A stretch of DNA of 64,000 nucleotides, from the NCBI RefSeq assembly GCF_003334385.1, contig NZ_QOWN01000009.1, one strand, 5' to 3'. The translations under genes and the position numbers were made by a program. Each line of letters starts with the position of its first letter. The first letter of the stretch is position 1. This DNA is from Escherichia coli. GTDB lineage: Bacteria; Pseudomonadota; Gammaproteobacteria; Enterobacterales; Enterobacteriaceae. The notes beneath the pieces are model-generated. The model was not told the origin of the DNA, ran no database searches, and saw only the letters and a list, made by a program, of their open reading frames with translations. This document shows positions 39,106-54,735 of this stretch, piece after piece.

Positions 39106-41190
39106 ATGGAAAGCAAACGTCTGGATAATGCCGCGCTGGCGGCGGGGATTAGCCCCAATTACATCAATGCCCACGGTAAACCGCAGTCGATTAGCGCCGA
39201 AACCAAACGGCGTTTGCTTGACGCGATGCATCAACGTACCGCCACGAAAGTGGCGGTAACGCCAGTCCCGAATGTCATGGTTTATACCAGCGGCAAAAAA
39301 ATGCCGATGGTGGTGGAGGGCAGCGGCGAATATAGCTGGCTGCTGACCACCGAAGAAGGAACGCAGTACAAAGGCCATGTAACGGGGGGCAAAGCGTTCA
39401 ATCTACCGACGAAGCTGCCGGAAGGTTATCACACGCTGACACTCACCCAGGACGACCAGCGCGCGCATTGCCGGGTGATTGTCGCCCCGAAACGCTGTTA
39501 CGAACCGCAGGCGTTGCTGAATAAACAAAAGCTGTGGGGTGCCTGCGTTCAGCTTTATACGCTGCGATCGGAAAAAAACTGGGGTATTGGGGATTTTGGC
39601 GATCTCAAAGCGATGCTGGTGGATGTGGCAAAACGTGGCGGGTCGTTCATTGGCCTGAACCCGATTCATGCGCTCTATCCGGCAAATCCGGAGAGCGCCA
39701 GCCCATACAGCCCGTCTTCTCGCCGTTGGCTGAATGTGATTTATATCGACGTTAACGCCGTTGAAGATTTCCATCTTAGCGAAGAGGCTCAGGCCTGGTG
39801 GCAGTTGCCGACCACGCAACAGACGCTGCAACAGGCGCGCGATGCCGACTGGGTCGATTACTCCACGGTTACCGCCCTAAAAATGACAGCATTACGAATG
39901 GCGTGGAAAGGTTTCGCGCAACGTGATGATGAGCAGATGGCCGCGTTTCGCCAGTTTGTTGCAGAGCAGGGCGACAGCCTGTTCTGGCAGGCAGCCTTTG
40001 ATGCGCTACATGCCCAGCAAGTGAAAGAGGACGAAATGCGCTGGGGCTGGCCTGCATGGCCAGAGATGTATCAGAACGTGGATTCACCAGAAGTGCGTCA
40101 GTTCTGCGAAGAACATCGTGATGACGTCGATTTTTATCTCTGGTTGCAGTGGCTGGCTTACAGCCAGTTTGCCGCCTGCTGGGAGATAAGCCAGGGCTAT
40201 GAAATGCCGATTGGCTTGTATCGTGATCTGGCGGTTGGCGTAGCGGAAGGTGGGGCGGAAACCTGGTGTGACCGTGAACTATATTGCCTGAAAGCATCGG
40301 TTGGCGCGCCGCCGGATATCCTCGGCCCGTTGGGGCAGAACTGGGGATTACCGCCAATGGACCCGCATATCATCACCGCGCGTGCCTATGAACCGTTTAT
40401 CGAGCTGTTGCGTGCCAATATGCAAAACTGCGGCGCATTACGAATTGACCATGTGATGTCGATGCTGCGTTTGTGGTGGATACCGTATGGCGAGACGGCA
40501 GATCAGGGCGCGTATGTTCACTATCCGGTGGATGATCTGCTCTCGATTCTGGCACTCGAAAGTAAACGTCATCGCTGTATGGTGATTGGTGAAGATCTCG
40601 GTACCGTACCGGTAGAGATTGTCGGTAAGCTGCGCAGCAGCGGTGTGTACTCTTACAAAGTGCTCTATTTCGAAAACGACCACGAGAAGACGTTCCGTGC
40701 ACCGAAAGCGTATCCGGAGCAGTCGATGGCGGTTGCGGCGACACATGACCTGCCAACGCTGCGCGGTTACTGGGAGAGCGGGGATCTAACGCTGGGCAAA
40801 ACCCTGGGGCTGTATCCGGATGAAGTGGTACTGCGCGGTCTGTATCAGGATCGCGAACTGGCGAAGCAAGGGCTGCTGGATGCACTGCATAAATATGGTT
40901 GTCTGCCGAAACGTGCCGGGCATAAGGCATCGTTGATGTCGATGACGCCGACGCTGAACCGTGGTTTGCAGCGCTACATTGCCGACAGTAACAGTGCTCT
41001 GTTAGGACTACAGCCGGAAGACTGGCTGGATATGGCCGAACCGGTGAATATTCCTGGCACCAGTTACCAGTATAAAAACTGGCGACGCAAGCTTTCCGCA
41101 ACGCTTGAGTCGATGTTTGCCGATGATGGCGTGAACAAGTTGCTGAAGGATTTGGACAGACGGCGCAGAGCTGCAGCGAAGAAGAAGTAG
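39106..41190 (+). CDS. malQ: 4-alpha-glucanotransferase (amylomaltase) MalQ
   Basis: 694 aa GH77 protein; follows malP with a 9-bp gap. Confidence 0.95.
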   Translation: MESKRLDNAALAAGISPNYINAHGKPQSISAETKRRLLDAMHQRTATKVAVTPVPNVMVYTSGKKMPMVVEGSGEYSWLLTTEEGTQYKGHVTGGKAFNLPTKLPEGYHTLTLTQDDQRAHCRVIVAPKRCYEPQALLNKQKLWGACVQLYTLRSEKNWGIGDFGDLKAMLVDVAKRGGSFIGLNPIHALYPANPESASPYSPSSRRWLNVIYIDVNAVEDFHLSEEAQAWWQLPTTQQTLQQARDADWVDYSTVTALKMTALRMAWKGFAQRDDEQMAAFRQFVAEQGDSLFWQAAFDALHAQQVKEDEMRWGWPAWPEMYQNVDSPEVRQFCEEHRDDVDFYLWLQWLAYSQFAACWEISQGYEMPIGLYRDLAVGVAEGGAETWCDRELYCLKASVGAPPDILGPLGQNWGLPPMDPHIITARAYEPFIELLRANMQNCGALRIDHVMSMLRLWWIPYGETADQGAYVHYPVDDLLSILALESKRHRCMVIGEDLGTVPVEIVGKLRSSGVYSYKVLYFENDHEKTFRAPKAYPEQSMAVAATHDLPTLRGYWESGDLTLGKTLGLYPDEVVLRGLYQDRELAKQGLLDALHKYGCLPKRAGHKASLMSMTPTLNRGLQRYIADSNSALLGLQPEDWLDMAEPVNIPGTSYQYKNWRRKLSATLESMFADDGVNKLLKDLDRRRRAAAKKK

Positions 41191-41199
41191 AGTGCGGTT

Positions 41200-41292
41200 G
41201 ATGCCGGATGCGATGCTTGACGCGTCTTATCCGGCCTACTAATTCATCCCGAATCGTAGGCCGGATAAGGCGGTCACGCCGCATCCGGCAGT
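41200..41292. repeat. REP/BIME extragenic palindromes
   Basis: gatgccggatgcgatgcttgacgcgtcttatccggcctac ... gtaggccggataaggcggtcacgccgcatccggca between convergent malQ and gntT. Confidence 0.7.
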
Positions 41293-41300
41293 CAGTGTTA

Positions 41301-42617
41301 TCAAATCACCATATTCAGCAGCAGACAGCCTACCAGACCGCACACCGAGATAATGGTTTCCAGCATCGACCAGGATTTGATGGTCTCGCCGATAGTCAGG
41401 TTAAAGTACTCTTTGAACAGCCAGAAGCCCGGATCGTTCACATGAGAGAAAATCACACTACCGGAACCAACCGCAATAACCATCAGCTCCGGGCTAACAC
41501 CCGTCGTTGCAATCAGCGGTGCCGCGATACCACCCGCAGTGATTGCCGCAACGGTTGCGGAACCCAGCGCGATACGCAGTACGGCAGCAATCGACCAGGC
41601 CATCAGCAGCGGAGAAATGTTGGTTTCGTGCATCATGGAAGCAATGTATTTGTCCACGCCGCTGTCTACCAGCACCTGCTTGAACGCACCGCCACCACCG
41701 ATGATCAACAGCATCATCGCAATGATTTTGATGGAAGAAACCAGCGTGTCGTTAATCTGATCCATTGAACGACCACGGTTTAGACCAAAGGTGAACATCG
41801 CAATCAGCACGGCAATCAGCGTTGCCATTACCGGGTCACCGAGGAACTCCGCTACCGGCAGGAAAGCGTGACCTTTCGGCAGGATCATTTCGGCAATCGC
41901 ACGCATCGCCATCAGTACTACCGGCACCAGAGAGGTCCAGACGCTGACGCCAAAGCTCGGCATCTCTTCTTCGCTGAAGGTTTTCGCGCTGTAGAGACCT
42001 TCCGGAATTGGCTTATCGATACCTTTCAACACGCGAGCGTAAACCGGACCGGCGAGAATCACGGTCGGGATTGCCAGAATAGTACCGTACAGCAGGGTTT
42101 TACCCATATCGGCATTGAAAATGGTGGCAATCGCAGTCGGACCCGGATGCGGTGGCAGGAAGCCGTGGGTCACAGACAGTGCAGCCGCCATTGGTACACC
42201 AACATACAGCAGTGGAATATTCGCAGAAGCCGCGATGGTAAACACCAGCGGCAGCATCAGCACAAAGCCCACTTCATAGAACAGGGCAAAACCAACGGTA
42301 AAACCGGTCAGTACCACCGCCCACTGGATGTGTTTTTTACCAAATTTGGCAATCAGCGTGGTGGCGATACGTTGTGCGCCACCGCAGTCTGCCAGCATTT
42401 TGCCCAGCATTGCGCCAAAACCCATGATCAGGGCAAGGCTACCGAGCGTCCCGCCGACACCGGCTTTGATGGAGCCAATAACTTTATCCAGCGGCATTCC
42501 TTGCATTAATCCAACAGCAAGCGCCACGAGGACGAGAGCGATGAAGCCGTTCATTTTGAAGCGGATCATCAGGAGCAACAACAAGATTACACCGATAGCA
42601 ACAATGACTAATGGCAT
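41301..42617 (-). CDS. gntT: high-affinity gluconate transporter GntT (GntP family)
   Basis: 438-aa polytopic membrane protein, paralog of the gntU product. Confidence 0.93.
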   Translation of the reverse strand: MPLVIVAIGVILLLLLMIRFKMNGFIALVLVALAVGLMQGMPLDKVIGSIKAGVGGTLGSLALIMGFGAMLGKMLADCGGAQRIATTLIAKFGKKHIQWAVVLTGFTVGFALFYEVGFVLMLPLVFTIAASANIPLLYVGVPMAAALSVTHGFLPPHPGPTAIATIFNADMGKTLLYGTILAIPTVILAGPVYARVLKGIDKPIPEGLYSAKTFSEEEMPSFGVSVWTSLVPVVLMAMRAIAEMILPKGHAFLPVAEFLGDPVMATLIAVLIAMFTFGLNRGRSMDQINDTLVSSIKIIAMMLLIIGGGGAFKQVLVDSGVDKYIASMMHETNISPLLMAWSIAAVLRIALGSATVAAITAGGIAAPLIATTGVSPELMVIAVGSGSVIFSHVNDPGFWLFKEYFNLTIGETIKSWSMLETIISVCGLVGCLLLNMVI

Positions 42618-42758
42618 GATTTACCTGGCCTTTCATTTGTTATGGGTAACGTCAATTTTCTGACGACAAACTCTAATTATCCCAATCGGGAACAGAGATA
42701 TTGCGGCACCACGACTGATACCCACTAAAACTAATTATTGTAGTCAGATGTCAGGAGT

Positions 42759-42793
42759 ATGTTTGGTACCCATGTGAATGATACGGGTAACAT
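42759..42793 (-). promoter_or_regulatory. GntR operator-like palindromes in the gntT promoter
   Basis: Minus strand reads atgttacccgtatcattcacatgggtaccaaacat, an ATGTTACC / GGTACCAAACAT-type repeat related to the gntK operator at 11534-11564. Confidence 0.5.
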
Positions 42794-42920
42794 CTGGCGT
42801 TTGAGAATCACCAGAGCGGGGTAAATTTAAATTATGAGAGGTTGGTCATATTATCGCGGGGAAACGAACCGAGGATTTGACAAAGCAATGCTGCGCCAAC
42901 GTCTGGCATATGTTCAACGT

Positions 42921-42976
<56 letters not shown>

Positions 42977-43552
42977 TTAGTAGTAGGAGTGTTCGCCGCG
43001 CTGGTGTTCGGTGAGATCGCGCACACCTTTCAGCTCCGGGAATTCGTTCAGCAGCTGCTTCTCGATCCCTTCTTTCAGCGTCACATCGACCATGGAACAA
43101 CCGTTACAGCCGCCGCCAAATTGCAGAATGGCGTAACCGTCTTCGGTGATTTCCATCAGCGAAACGCGACCACCGTGACCAGCAAGCTGTGGGTTGATCT
43201 GCGACTGCAGCATATACTCCACGCGCTCCATCAGCGGTGCATCGTCTGCCACTTTACGCATTTTGGCGTTCGGGGCTTTCAGCGTTAACTGGGAACCCAA
43301 CTGGTCGGTAACAAAATCGATCTCTGCATCTTCCAGGTATGGTGCGCTTAACTCATCAACATACGCGGTCAGCAGGTCAAATTTCAGGGCTGTGTCGGTG
43401 GCTTCCACAGCGTCCGGCGGACAATAAGAAACGCCACATTCAGCGTTAGGCGTGCCAGGGTTAATCACAAATACGCGGATTTGTGTCCCTTCTTCCTGAT
43501 TTGCCAGCAGTTTGGCAAAGTGCGCTTGTGCAGCATCGGAAATACGGATCAT
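42977..43552 (-). CDS. nfuA: Fe-S cluster carrier protein NfuA
   Basis: 191 aa; C-terminal Nfu domain with a CxxC motif (GGCNGC). Confidence 0.93.
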
Positions 43553-43610
43553 AGTAATGGCCTAATAGTTGACTATTTTAGTTGGTTATAATACGCCCAT
43601 CATCGAGGCT

Positions 43611-45102
<1,492 letters not shown>

Positions 45103-45130
45103 GTGGCTTTTGAAATGGCGAGACAGAACT

Positions 45131-46009
45131 TTACTGACTCGCCGCAGCCAACTCTTCTTCTGACAGCCCGGTAAAGCGCATGATGTCTGCAAGAGGAACT
45201 CCGGATTCAAGCATTATTTTGGCTATATGCAGGGCTTTGGATTGTTCCCCCTCCTGCCGCAATCTTTCCGCAATAGTCATTAAACTCTCCTTGTGTTTCG
45301 GTGAACGTTCGGCAACGCCGTCGATAAAATCGTTAAAACGTACAGCGTCGCCAGTTTGCAGTATGTAATTAAACAGCCCTTTGATTTGTCTGTCATTAGC
45401 GTATCCACTACTTAATAAGCAGGCCATTTGCTCTACCAGCCCCATCAGGTCGCGTTGACGAATATGTTTTTGAATTAACTCCAGCAGCGCCATACGTCGG
45501 TGCTGCATGATTTCATCATCAGGCATGACGGTGACATCAATCAGCGGAAATGCGGAGGCATAAAGCTGCCTTGCCAGTTTGGGATCGGCGAAACAATCCA
45601 GCCAACACAGCGAATAGGGATAGGGGCTTTCAATACCGTGGTAAAACAACAATGGCACCACCATCGGCAACGTTTTGTATCCAGCATCAAGGTGATTTTG
45701 CATTGCGGCAATAGCGTAACGCATCATGCGAAATGCGATCAGTTTGTTTGAGGTGCTTTGATGTTCAATCAGACAATAGATGTATCCTGGTCCTTGTTCC
45801 GTTTTCACCGACCACAGCACATCGGAATAGCTTTCACGCAGATCGTCATCAATAAAGCTGCTCGACTCCAGCTTGAGGGTTTTCATATCACAAAGCGCGT
45901 GAATGGGTGCCGGTAAATGAAACGCAAGAAAATCACGAGCCGTGTCCGGTTGGCGTAAAAAGAGTTTGAACAGCGCATCGTGTGGGGTGGAACTCTGCTT
46001 TTTGCTCAT
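45131..46009 (-). CDS. yhgA: Rpn-family (transposase_31 / PD-(D/E)XK) recombination-promoting nuclease YhgA
   Basis: 292-aa [21 protein letters not shown]..., a family-typical N-terminus. Confidence 0.85.
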   Translation of the reverse strand: MSKKQSSTPHDALFKLFLRQPDTARDFLAFHLPAPIHALCDMKTLKLESSSFIDDDLRESYSDVLWSVKTEQGPGYIYCLIEHQSTSNKLIAFRMMRYAIAAMQNHLDAGYKTLPMVVPLLFYHGIESPYPYSLCWLDCFADPKLARQLYASAFPLIDVTVMPDDEIMQHRRMALLELIQKHIRQRDLMGLVEQMACLLSSGYANDRQIKGLFNYILQTGDAVRFNDFIDGVAERSPKHKESLMTIAERLRQEGEQSKALHIAKIMLESGVPLADIMRFTGLSEEELAAASQ

Positions 46010-46154
46010 GGCGTTCCTTCACCTGTTGTTTGAATGCCGCGACTCTACGCGCCACTCCACACCTGTGTATTAGCGAGTTTTCATCCCTGCGAGATGCTTT
46101 CAAAGGAACTTACGCCGTGCTGCAAGAGTTGCATTTTTATGGAAAGCCGCACGC

Positions 46155-46190
46155 AAAAAAGCCCGGATGCAGACGCATACCGGGCTTTCC
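46155..46190 (-). terminator. rho-independent terminator of feoABC
   Basis: Minus strand: hairpin aaagcccggtatgcgtctgcatccgggctt followed by tttttt, 3' of feoC. Confidence 0.6.
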
Positions 46191-46211
46191 AAAACAGGCG
46201 ATGGAGTAAGG

Positions 46212-46448
46212 TTAACGCAGCGCCCACCACTCGCGCAGACAGGCTTTTCCTTCCGGGCAGCTTTTACAACTGCCAGAGAGGCAGCCGTCAGGTTCTTCCT
46301 GAATCCGCACGGCTTTGCCCATACTTTCCAGTTGTTGCAGCATGGCGTTAATCATTGACTGTGGAGTGTTCAATGTCTGGCTTATCTGGGCCGCTTCCAT
46401 ACGGCCCCGTAACGCCAGCAAATCGCGCACCTGAATAAGTGAAGCCAT
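46212..46448 (-). CDS. feoC: FeoC (winged-helix small protein of the ferrous iron transport operon)
   Basis: 78 aa from [17 protein letters not shown] with a Cys-rich segment ([15 protein letters not shown]); TAATG overlap with feoB. Confidence 0.85.
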   Translation of the reverse strand: MASLIQVRDLLALRGRMEAAQISQTLNTPQSMINAMLQQLESMGKAVRIQEEPDGCLSGSCKSCPEGKACLREWWALR

Positions 46449-48769
46449 TAATGGCAATCACCGGTGGTGCTGGCTGCGCAGCAACTGCTTACCGACTTGC
46501 GGGTTGCCAGCAGTTCGATATCCACCCGGCTACGCGCGCGGCGCAGCAGACCGATAACCACGATGTTAAACAGGATAACCGCCAGAATGCACACCAGGCT
46601 GTAAGTTGGATGCTGACTGTAGCTGGCGACCTGATAGAACAATGTTGCCAGTGAGTAAGCGATATTCAGCCCCCACAGGATGGAGAAGCCCATCCAGCCA
46701 CGGCTTGATTCACGGGCGATAGCCCCCATCACCGAGATACATGGTACATACAGCAGGACGAAAATCAGGTAGCTGTAAGCTGCTGCTGCGCTACCGAATT
46801 TCTGATCCATCACGCCCATCGCCCCGGTACCCATTTCGCCGTCGCCTTTGCTGGCTTCAATGGGGTTCATCAGTACGCTAAGGCTGAAGGTGTCTTTCAG
46901 GCTCTGCCAGGTTTCATCTATCGCACTGAACAGCTCTTCACCGAGGTTAAATTCTGCCGGATTGAACTCTTCGTCCTGAATATTTTCTGCGGTGTAGAGG
47001 GTGTTGAGCGTACCCACTACCACTTCTTTCGCCATGGCACCTGTAAACAGGCCAACCGTTGCCTGCCAGTTATCTTCATGCACGCCAATTGGCTTGAAGA
47101 CCGGGGTGATCACCCGGCTGACGGACGCCAGCGCCGAGTCGTTGATGTTATCGACGATTTTCCCGCTCAGCGAGAAGCTGTTGAAAGCGCTCAGGAAAAT
47201 GCTGACGATGATGATCACTTTACCAGCACGCAGAACGAAGCCTTTCAGACGCTGCCAGGTCTGGATAATCAGGCTTTTAACGTGTGGTACATGATAGACC
47301 GGCAACTCCATGACAAACGGCGTCGCTTCACCGCGCATGATGGTGTACTTGAGCATCAGGCCAGTCAGCACCGCCATCACAATACCCAGCATATACAGCG
47401 AGAAGACCGCCAGCGCACCGTTCTGCCCGAAGAAGGCAGCCGCGAATACTGCGAAGATAGCCAGACGCGCGCCGCAGGACATAAACGGTGCCATCATGAT
47501 GGTCATCAGACGTTCACGCGGTGCATCAAGCGTACGTGCACCCATTACCGACGGTACGTTACAACCGAAACCGACGATCAGCGGCACAAAGGATTTCCCC
47601 GGCAAGCCCAGCGCCTGCATCAGACGGTCCATCACAAACGCCGCACGCGCCATATACCCGGAGTCCTCAAGGAAGGAGAGGAACAGGTACATCATGCCAA
47701 TCTGCGGCACCAGTGGCAGCACGGTGTTAATGCCGCCACCCAGGCCCTGGGCGAGGAAGATAGTCAGCCAGTCCGGGAAGTGGAGCGTGTAGCCAATCCA
47801 TTGAATACCATGCACAAATAGCGCCACGGAGCCGACGTCAAACAGCGGCTGTAACGCCCCGCCGATGTTGATAGCCAGCAGGAACATCAGGTACATCACA
47901 AAGAGGAAAATCGGCAGACCGAGGAAACGGTTGAGCACGATTTTATCTACCGCAGTGGTGAAACGGCTGGGTTCTGCCGTCAGGGTGTTGCTTACCACAT
48001 CACAGATGGCAGCAATGCACTGGTAACGCGCATCGGCAATGTGCAGCGCCGGATCGTCCATCTCATTACGCAGACGGGCGAGGGCGGCATCCAGATGCTG
48101 CGACGCTTCACCGGCGTAGGCGCGGCTGTAGATATCGCCTTCCAGCATTTGCAGGCCCAGCCAGCGACGTTGTTTCAGCGGGATGTCGGAAGGCATCACT
48201 TTTGCCAGTGAATCTGCTTCGTTGAGCAGCGGCTGTGCGTAATGCACCAGTTCCACATTCTCGTTAGCTTTATAGCGATCAATCGCCAGCTTGAGCGCTT
48301 CAATACCGCGACCACGGGTTGAAACCAGCGGGATCACCGGACAGCCCAGACGCGCCGACAGAGCATCAATTTCAATACGAATATTTTGCTTCTCGGCAAT
48401 GTCGAGCATGTTCAGTGCCACAATGCAGGGAATGCCGAGTTCCAGCAGTTGTAGCGTCAGGTACAGGTTACGCTCAAGGTTAGACGCATCCACCACGTTA
48501 ATCAGCAGGTCGGCGTCGCCACTCAAAATGTAGTGACAGGCGATTTGCTCATCGAGCGAGGTCTGCGATGAGATGGTGGTCAGAGAATAGGTGCCGGGCA
48601 GGTCCACCAGCGTGACCTGATGATCGGTGGTGGAGAATTGCCCTTCTTTACGTTCGACGGTAACGCCAGCCCAGTTACCTACACGCTGACGTGAGCCAGT
48701 GAGCTGGTTAAATAACGTTGTCTTGCCAGAATTTGGATTACCAATTAAGCCAATGGTTAATTTTTTCAT
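46448..48769 (-). CDS. feoB: ferrous iron transporter FeoB (GTPase + membrane domain)
   Basis: 773 aa from [25 protein letters not shown] (G1 motif); large polytopic C-terminal domain. Confidence 0.93.
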   Translation of the reverse strand: MKKLTIGLIGNPNSGKTTLFNQLTGSRQRVGNWAGVTVERKEGQFSTTDHQVTLVDLPGTYSLTTISSQTSLDEQIACHYILSGDADLLINVVDASNLERNLYLTLQLLELGIPCIVALNMLDIAEKQNIRIEIDALSARLGCPVIPLVSTRGRGIEALKLAIDRYKANENVELVHYAQPLLNEADSLAKVMPSDIPLKQRRWLGLQMLEGDIYSRAYAGEASQHLDAALARLRNEMDDPALHIADARYQCIAAICDVVSNTLTAEPSRFTTAVDKIVLNRFLGLPIFLFVMYLMFLLAINIGGALQPLFDVGSVALFVHGIQWIGYTLHFPDWLTIFLAQGLGGGINTVLPLVPQIGMMYLFLSFLEDSGYMARAAFVMDRLMQALGLPGKSFVPLIVGFGCNVPSVMGARTLDAPRERLMTIMMAPFMSCGARLAIFAVFAAAFFGQNGALAVFSLYMLGIVMAVLTGLMLKYTIMRGEATPFVMELPVYHVPHVKSLIIQTWQRLKGFVLRAGKVIIIVSIFLSAFNSFSLSGKIVDNINDSALASVSRVITPVFKPIGVHEDNWQATVGLFTGAMAKEVVVGTLNTLYTAENIQDEEFNPAEFNLGEELFSAIDETWQSLKDTFSLSVLMNPIEASKGDGEMGTGAMGVMDQKFGSAAAAYSYLIFVLLYVPCISVMGAIARESSRGWMGFSILWGLNIAYSLATLFYQVASYSQHPTYSLVCILAVILFNIVVIGLLRRARSRVDIELLATRKSVSSCCAASTTGDCH

Positions 48770-48785
48770 TGTTGTTATCACCGTA

Positions 48786-49013
48786 TTAACAGGAAACCGC
48801 TTCCACTTCTAATAAGGCCAGATCTTTTTTGCGTAATACCAGGCTCACACGACGGGTTTCGATATGAATGGGGTCGCCGAGTGGAGCGACGCGCACCACA
48901 TTAAAAGAGGAGCCAGGTAACATGCCAAGAGAAAGCAGTTTTTGGCGATATGCCGGGCTGATTTCACGGGAAAAGCCAGTGATTTTCCACGCAGTATCTG
49001 GAGTGTATTGCAT
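48786..49013 (-). CDS. feoA: FeoA
   Basis: 75-aa SH3-like small protein immediately upstream of feoB. Confidence 0.9.
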   Translation of the reverse strand: MQYTPDTAWKITGFSREISPAYRQKLLSLGMLPGSSFNVVRVAPLGDPIHIETRRVSLVLRKKDLALLEVEAVSC

Positions 49014-49117
49014 AGGTGCCTACTTGTTTCTCATTAACTGGATAACTACCTCATGGGGCGTTTGACAGCGACATGAGACCAGATGATTTGCCAACAAAGG
49101 AGAGATTAAATAATCAA

Positions 49118-49216
49118 CAACACAATGATAATGAGAATGGTTTCTATCAGCAATACTTAAAATGTGTGCGAATGTTGGTTTGAATAATAATCTGACTCAA
49201 TGTTGATGTGGCTCAA
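49118..49216 (-). promoter_or_regulatory. feoABC promoter region with Fur-box-like and FNR-like sites
   Basis: aatgataatgagaat (Fur-like) and ttgatgtggctcaa (resembles FNR TTGAT-N4-ATCAA) lie 100-200 bp upstream of feoA; Fur and FNR control of feo is established knowledge, but exact site positions here are inferred. Confidence 0.45.
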
Positions 49217-49344
49217 GGTTATATCGCAGCGAAAATATAATTCGAATAGTGAATTACCCGGACTGGCTAATGTTTAATTAAGGTTTCAGTTGTTAATGAA
49301 ATGATAAATATTGCCGGAATATATTATGAGTTTGGCTGTGGAAT

Positions 49345-49378
49345 AAAAATGCCGGAGATATTCTCCGGCACTTTTATG
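49345..49378 (-). terminator. terminator hairpin downstream of tex
   Basis: gccggagatattctccggc flanked by A/T runs on both sides. Confidence 0.5.
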
Positions 49379-49393
49379 TCAGGCAAGGCGTTC

Positions 49394-49468
49394 GTTGCCA
49401 GATGCGGCGTGAACGCCTTATCTGCCCTACGATTTCGTGCAAATTCGAACCGTAGGCCAGTACGGGCG
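49394..49468. repeat. REP-like extragenic palindromes
   Basis: gttgccagatgcggcgtgaacgccttatctgccctac ... cgtaggccagtacgggcg. Confidence 0.6.
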
Positions 49469-49469
49469 T

Positions 49470-51791
49470 TTAACGTTTTTTGCCCATTGCCGCCGCCAGC
49501 GCATCCATCATCGCGCTATTACCGGCAGGCTGCGCTTCACGACCGCGTGGTTTGGCTGCCGGGCGGTTGTTTTGCGGGCGTTCATTACCGCCGCCGCGAC
49601 GAGCGTTGGTTTCGCCAGGCTGCTCATCCAGGCGCATAGTCAGGGCGATACGTTTACGCTGAAGATCCACTTCCAGCACTTTCACCTTCACAATGTCGCC
49701 CGCTTTCACCACGGTATGCGGATCTTCCACAAACTTGTTCGACAATGAAGAGATGTGAACCAGGCCGTCCTGATGCACGCCAATATCGACAAACGCGCCA
49801 AAGTTGGTGACGTTGGTCACTGCGCCTTCGAGGATCATACCCGGTTGCAGGTCGTTCATTGTCTCGACGCCATCGGCAAACTGAGCGGTTTTAAATTCCG
49901 GACGCGGATCGCGACCCGGTTTTTCCAGCTCTTTGATGATGTCGGTTACCGTCGGCACACCGAATTTCTCATCAGTAAAGTCAGACGCTTTCAGGTTACG
50001 CAGTTCGCTGCTGTTACCCATCAGATCTTTCAGTGCCTGCTGTGTTGCTGCCAGAATGCGTTCCACCACCGGATAGGCTTCCGGGTGAACGGTAGACGCG
50101 TCCAGCGGGTTATCACCGTGGTTAATGCGCAAGAAGCCCGCGCACTGCTCGAAGGCTTTCGGCCCCAGACGGCTCACTTTTAACAGTTGCTGACGGTTCT
50201 GGAACTGACCGTTCTCATCGCGCCAGGCAACGATGTTTTGCGCCATCATGCGCGTCAGGCCCGCCACGCGGGTTAACAGCGGAACAGAAGCAGTGTTGAG
50301 ATCGACGCCAACGGCGTTTACGCAGTCTTCTACTACTGCGTCCAGTTTGCGGGCCAGTTGCGTCTGGCTGACGTCATGCTGATACTGACCTACGCCGATA
50401 GATTTCGGATCGATTTTCACCAGCTCCGCCAGCGGATCCTGCAAACGGCGGGCGATAGACACCGCGCCACGCAGCGAAACGTCGAGATCCGGGAACTCCT
50501 GTGCAGCCAGCTCGGAAGCCGAGTAAACCGACGCGCCTGCTTCGCTGACGATTACTTTCTGCGCGGTCACTTTCGGGAACTGCTTCTGCACATCGAGATA
50601 GAAACGCTCAGTTTCGCGGGAAGCTGTACCGTTACCGATCGCTACCAGTTCAACGTTATGTTTTTCACACAGCGCAGCAACGGTCATCGCTGCTTTTGCG
50701 GCCTGTCCGGTGTGCGGGTAAATGGTGTCGGTCGCCACCAGTTTGCCAGTGGCATCGACCACCGCCACTTTTACCCCAGTACGCAGACCCGGATCGAGGC
50801 CCATCGTTGCACGCAGTCCGGCAGGGGCCGCCATCAGCAGATCGTGCAGGTTACGGGCAAAGACGTTGATTGCTTCATCTTCCGCACGTTCGCGCACGGT
50901 GCCCATCAGTTCGGTTTCCAGATGCATCAGCACCTTGATGCGCCACGTCCAGCTCACCACGCCTTTGCGCCAGCTATCCGCCGGGGCATTGTTCAGGCGC
51001 AGGCCAAGGTGATCCATGATGATTTGCTCGCAATAGCTCTCTTTGGGCGGCTCATCGAACTGTGGATCGGCATTCAGCGAAAGCTGAAGTACGCCTTCGT
51101 TACGCCCACGGAACATCGCCAGCGCGCGGTGAGAAGGCACCGTGGACAACGGTTCGTGATGATCGAAATAGTCGCGGAATTTCGCCCCTTCCTCTTCTTT
51201 ACCGCTCACCACCGTAGAAACCAAATGCGCGTTCTTCCACAGATAATCACGCACTTTCGCCAGCAGCGCGGCATCTTCGGCAAACCGTTCCATCAGGATA
51301 TAGCGCGCGCCATCCAGCGCGGCTTTGGTATCTGCCACGCCTTTATCGGCATCAACATATTGTGCAGCGGCGACTTCTGGCGTGTGTGACGGATCGCTCC
51401 ACAGCAGGTCAGCCAACGGCTCAAGCCCTGCTTCAATGGCGATTTGCCCGCGGGTGCGGCGTTTAGGTTTGTAGGGCAGGTAGAGGTCTTCGAGTTCGGT
51501 TTTGCTTAGGGTGGCGTTGATGGCCTTCGCCAGATCATCGGTGAGTTTGCCTTGCTCGGAAATGGACTTGAGGATCGCCTGACGTCTCTCTTCCAGCTCG
51601 CGCAGATAGCTCAGACGCGTTTCCAGATTACGCAGCTGCGTGTCATCCAGACCGCCGGTGATTTCCTTACGATAACGTGCGATAAACGGCACGGTATTCC
51701 CTTCGTCAAGCAGGCGAACGGCAGCGTCAACCTGTTCCGGGCGCGCCTGAATTTCACCCGCAATAATGCGGCAGAACGAATCATTCATCAT
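49470..51791 (-). CDS. tex: transcription accessory protein Tex (YhgF), S1-domain RNA-binding protein
   Basis: 773 aa; C-terminal S1 domain ([31 protein letters not shown]) and a basic tail. Confidence 0.93.
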   Translation of the reverse strand: MMNDSFCRIIAGEIQARPEQVDAAVRLLDEGNTVPFIARYRKEITGGLDDTQLRNLETRLSYLRELEERRQAILKSISEQGKLTDDLAKAINATLSKTELEDLYLPYKPKRRTRGQIAIEAGLEPLADLLWSDPSHTPEVAAAQYVDADKGVADTKAALDGARYILMERFAEDAALLAKVRDYLWKNAHLVSTVVSGKEEEGAKFRDYFDHHEPLSTVPSHRALAMFRGRNEGVLQLSLNADPQFDEPPKESYCEQIIMDHLGLRLNNAPADSWRKGVVSWTWRIKVLMHLETELMGTVRERAEDEAINVFARNLHDLLMAAPAGLRATMGLDPGLRTGVKVAVVDATGKLVATDTIYPHTGQAAKAAMTVAALCEKHNVELVAIGNGTASRETERFYLDVQKQFPKVTAQKVIVSEAGASVYSASELAAQEFPDLDVSLRGAVSIARRLQDPLAELVKIDPKSIGVGQYQHDVSQTQLARKLDAVVEDCVNAVGVDLNTASVPLLTRVAGLTRMMAQNIVAWRDENGQFQNRQQLLKVSRLGPKAFEQCAGFLRINHGDNPLDASTVHPEAYPVVERILAATQQALKDLMGNSSELRNLKASDFTDEKFGVPTVTDIIKELEKPGRDPRPEFKTAQFADGVETMNDLQPGMILEGAVTNVTNFGAFVDIGVHQDGLVHISSLSNKFVEDPHTVVKAGDIVKVKVLEVDLQRKRIALTMRLDEQPGETNARRGGGNERPQNNRPAAKPRGREAQPAGNSAMMDALAAAMGKKR

Positions 51792-51887
51792 GGTTTGAGT
51801 TCATCTTTTCGGATCAAAAATCAGGGGATAGTTATACGGACTGGCTGGCAAAAATGCCAGCCATCGGCAGGAGGTTAAGACTCTTCC

Positions 51888-52364
51888 TTACGGTTTCACG
51901 TACTCGATAGCATTAACATACCAGCTCGCTTCCCCGGCAGGGGTATTCACCACCGCCAGATCGCCGACTTCTTTTTTCAGCAATGCGCGGGCCATCGGGG
52001 AATCGATAGAGATGTAATCTTTACGGCCAAAAATTTCATCGTAGCCGACAATACGGAAACGGTGAGTCACGCCATCGTCGTTTTCAATCTCCACCCACGC
52101 GCCAAAAAAGACTTTGCCTTCCTGCTGAGGGGAGTAATCGACGATTTTGAGATTTTCCAGGCATTTAGTGAGATAGCGCACGCGACGGTCGATTTCACGC
52201 AGACGCTTTTTATTATACTGATAGTCAGCATTTTCGCTGCGGTCGCCCAGACTTGCGGCCCAGGTCACCTTTTTTGTGACCTCCGGGCGTTCTTCACGCC
52301 AGAGATAATTAAGCTCTTGTTTGAGTTTTTCATACCCTTCCCGGGTAACCAGGGGCGTTTTCAT
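51888..52364 (-). CDS. greB: transcription elongation factor GreB
   Basis: 158 aa from MKTPLVTREGYEKLKQEL; Gre-family coiled-coil plus FKBP-like C-domain; the ORF-track start 52400 was rejected. Confidence 0.9.
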   Translation of the reverse strand: MKTPLVTREGYEKLKQELNYLWREERPEVTKKVTWAASLGDRSENADYQYNKKRLREIDRRVRYLTKCLENLKIVDYSPQQEGKVFFGAWVEIENDDGVTHRFRIVGYDEIFGRKDYISIDSPMARALLKKEVGDLAVVNTPAGEASWYVNAIEYVKP

Positions 52365-52591
52365 CTCGTTGATTCCCTTTGTCTGTTTGATAATGCGCAC
52401 ATTGGGTATAACGTGATCATATCAACAGAATCAATAATGTTTCGCCGAATAAATTGTATACTTAAGCTGCTGTTTAATATGCTTTGTAACAATTTAGGCT
52501 GAAATTCATACCAGATTTAGCTGGTGACGAACGTGAGCTTTTTTAAGAATACACGCTTACAAATTGTTGCGAACCTTTGGGAGTACAAACA

Positions 52592-54660
<2,069 letters not shown>

Positions 54661-54662
54661 AT

Positions 54663-54695
54663 AAACGGGAGGCGAAGGTGCCTCCCGTTTTGCTT
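54663..54695. terminator. bidirectional terminator between convergent envZ and pckA
   Basis: Hairpin aaacgggaggcgaaggtgcctcccgtttt. Confidence 0.65.
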
Positions 54696-54735
54696 TCTAT
54701 AAGATACTGGATAGATATTCTCCAGCTTCAAATCA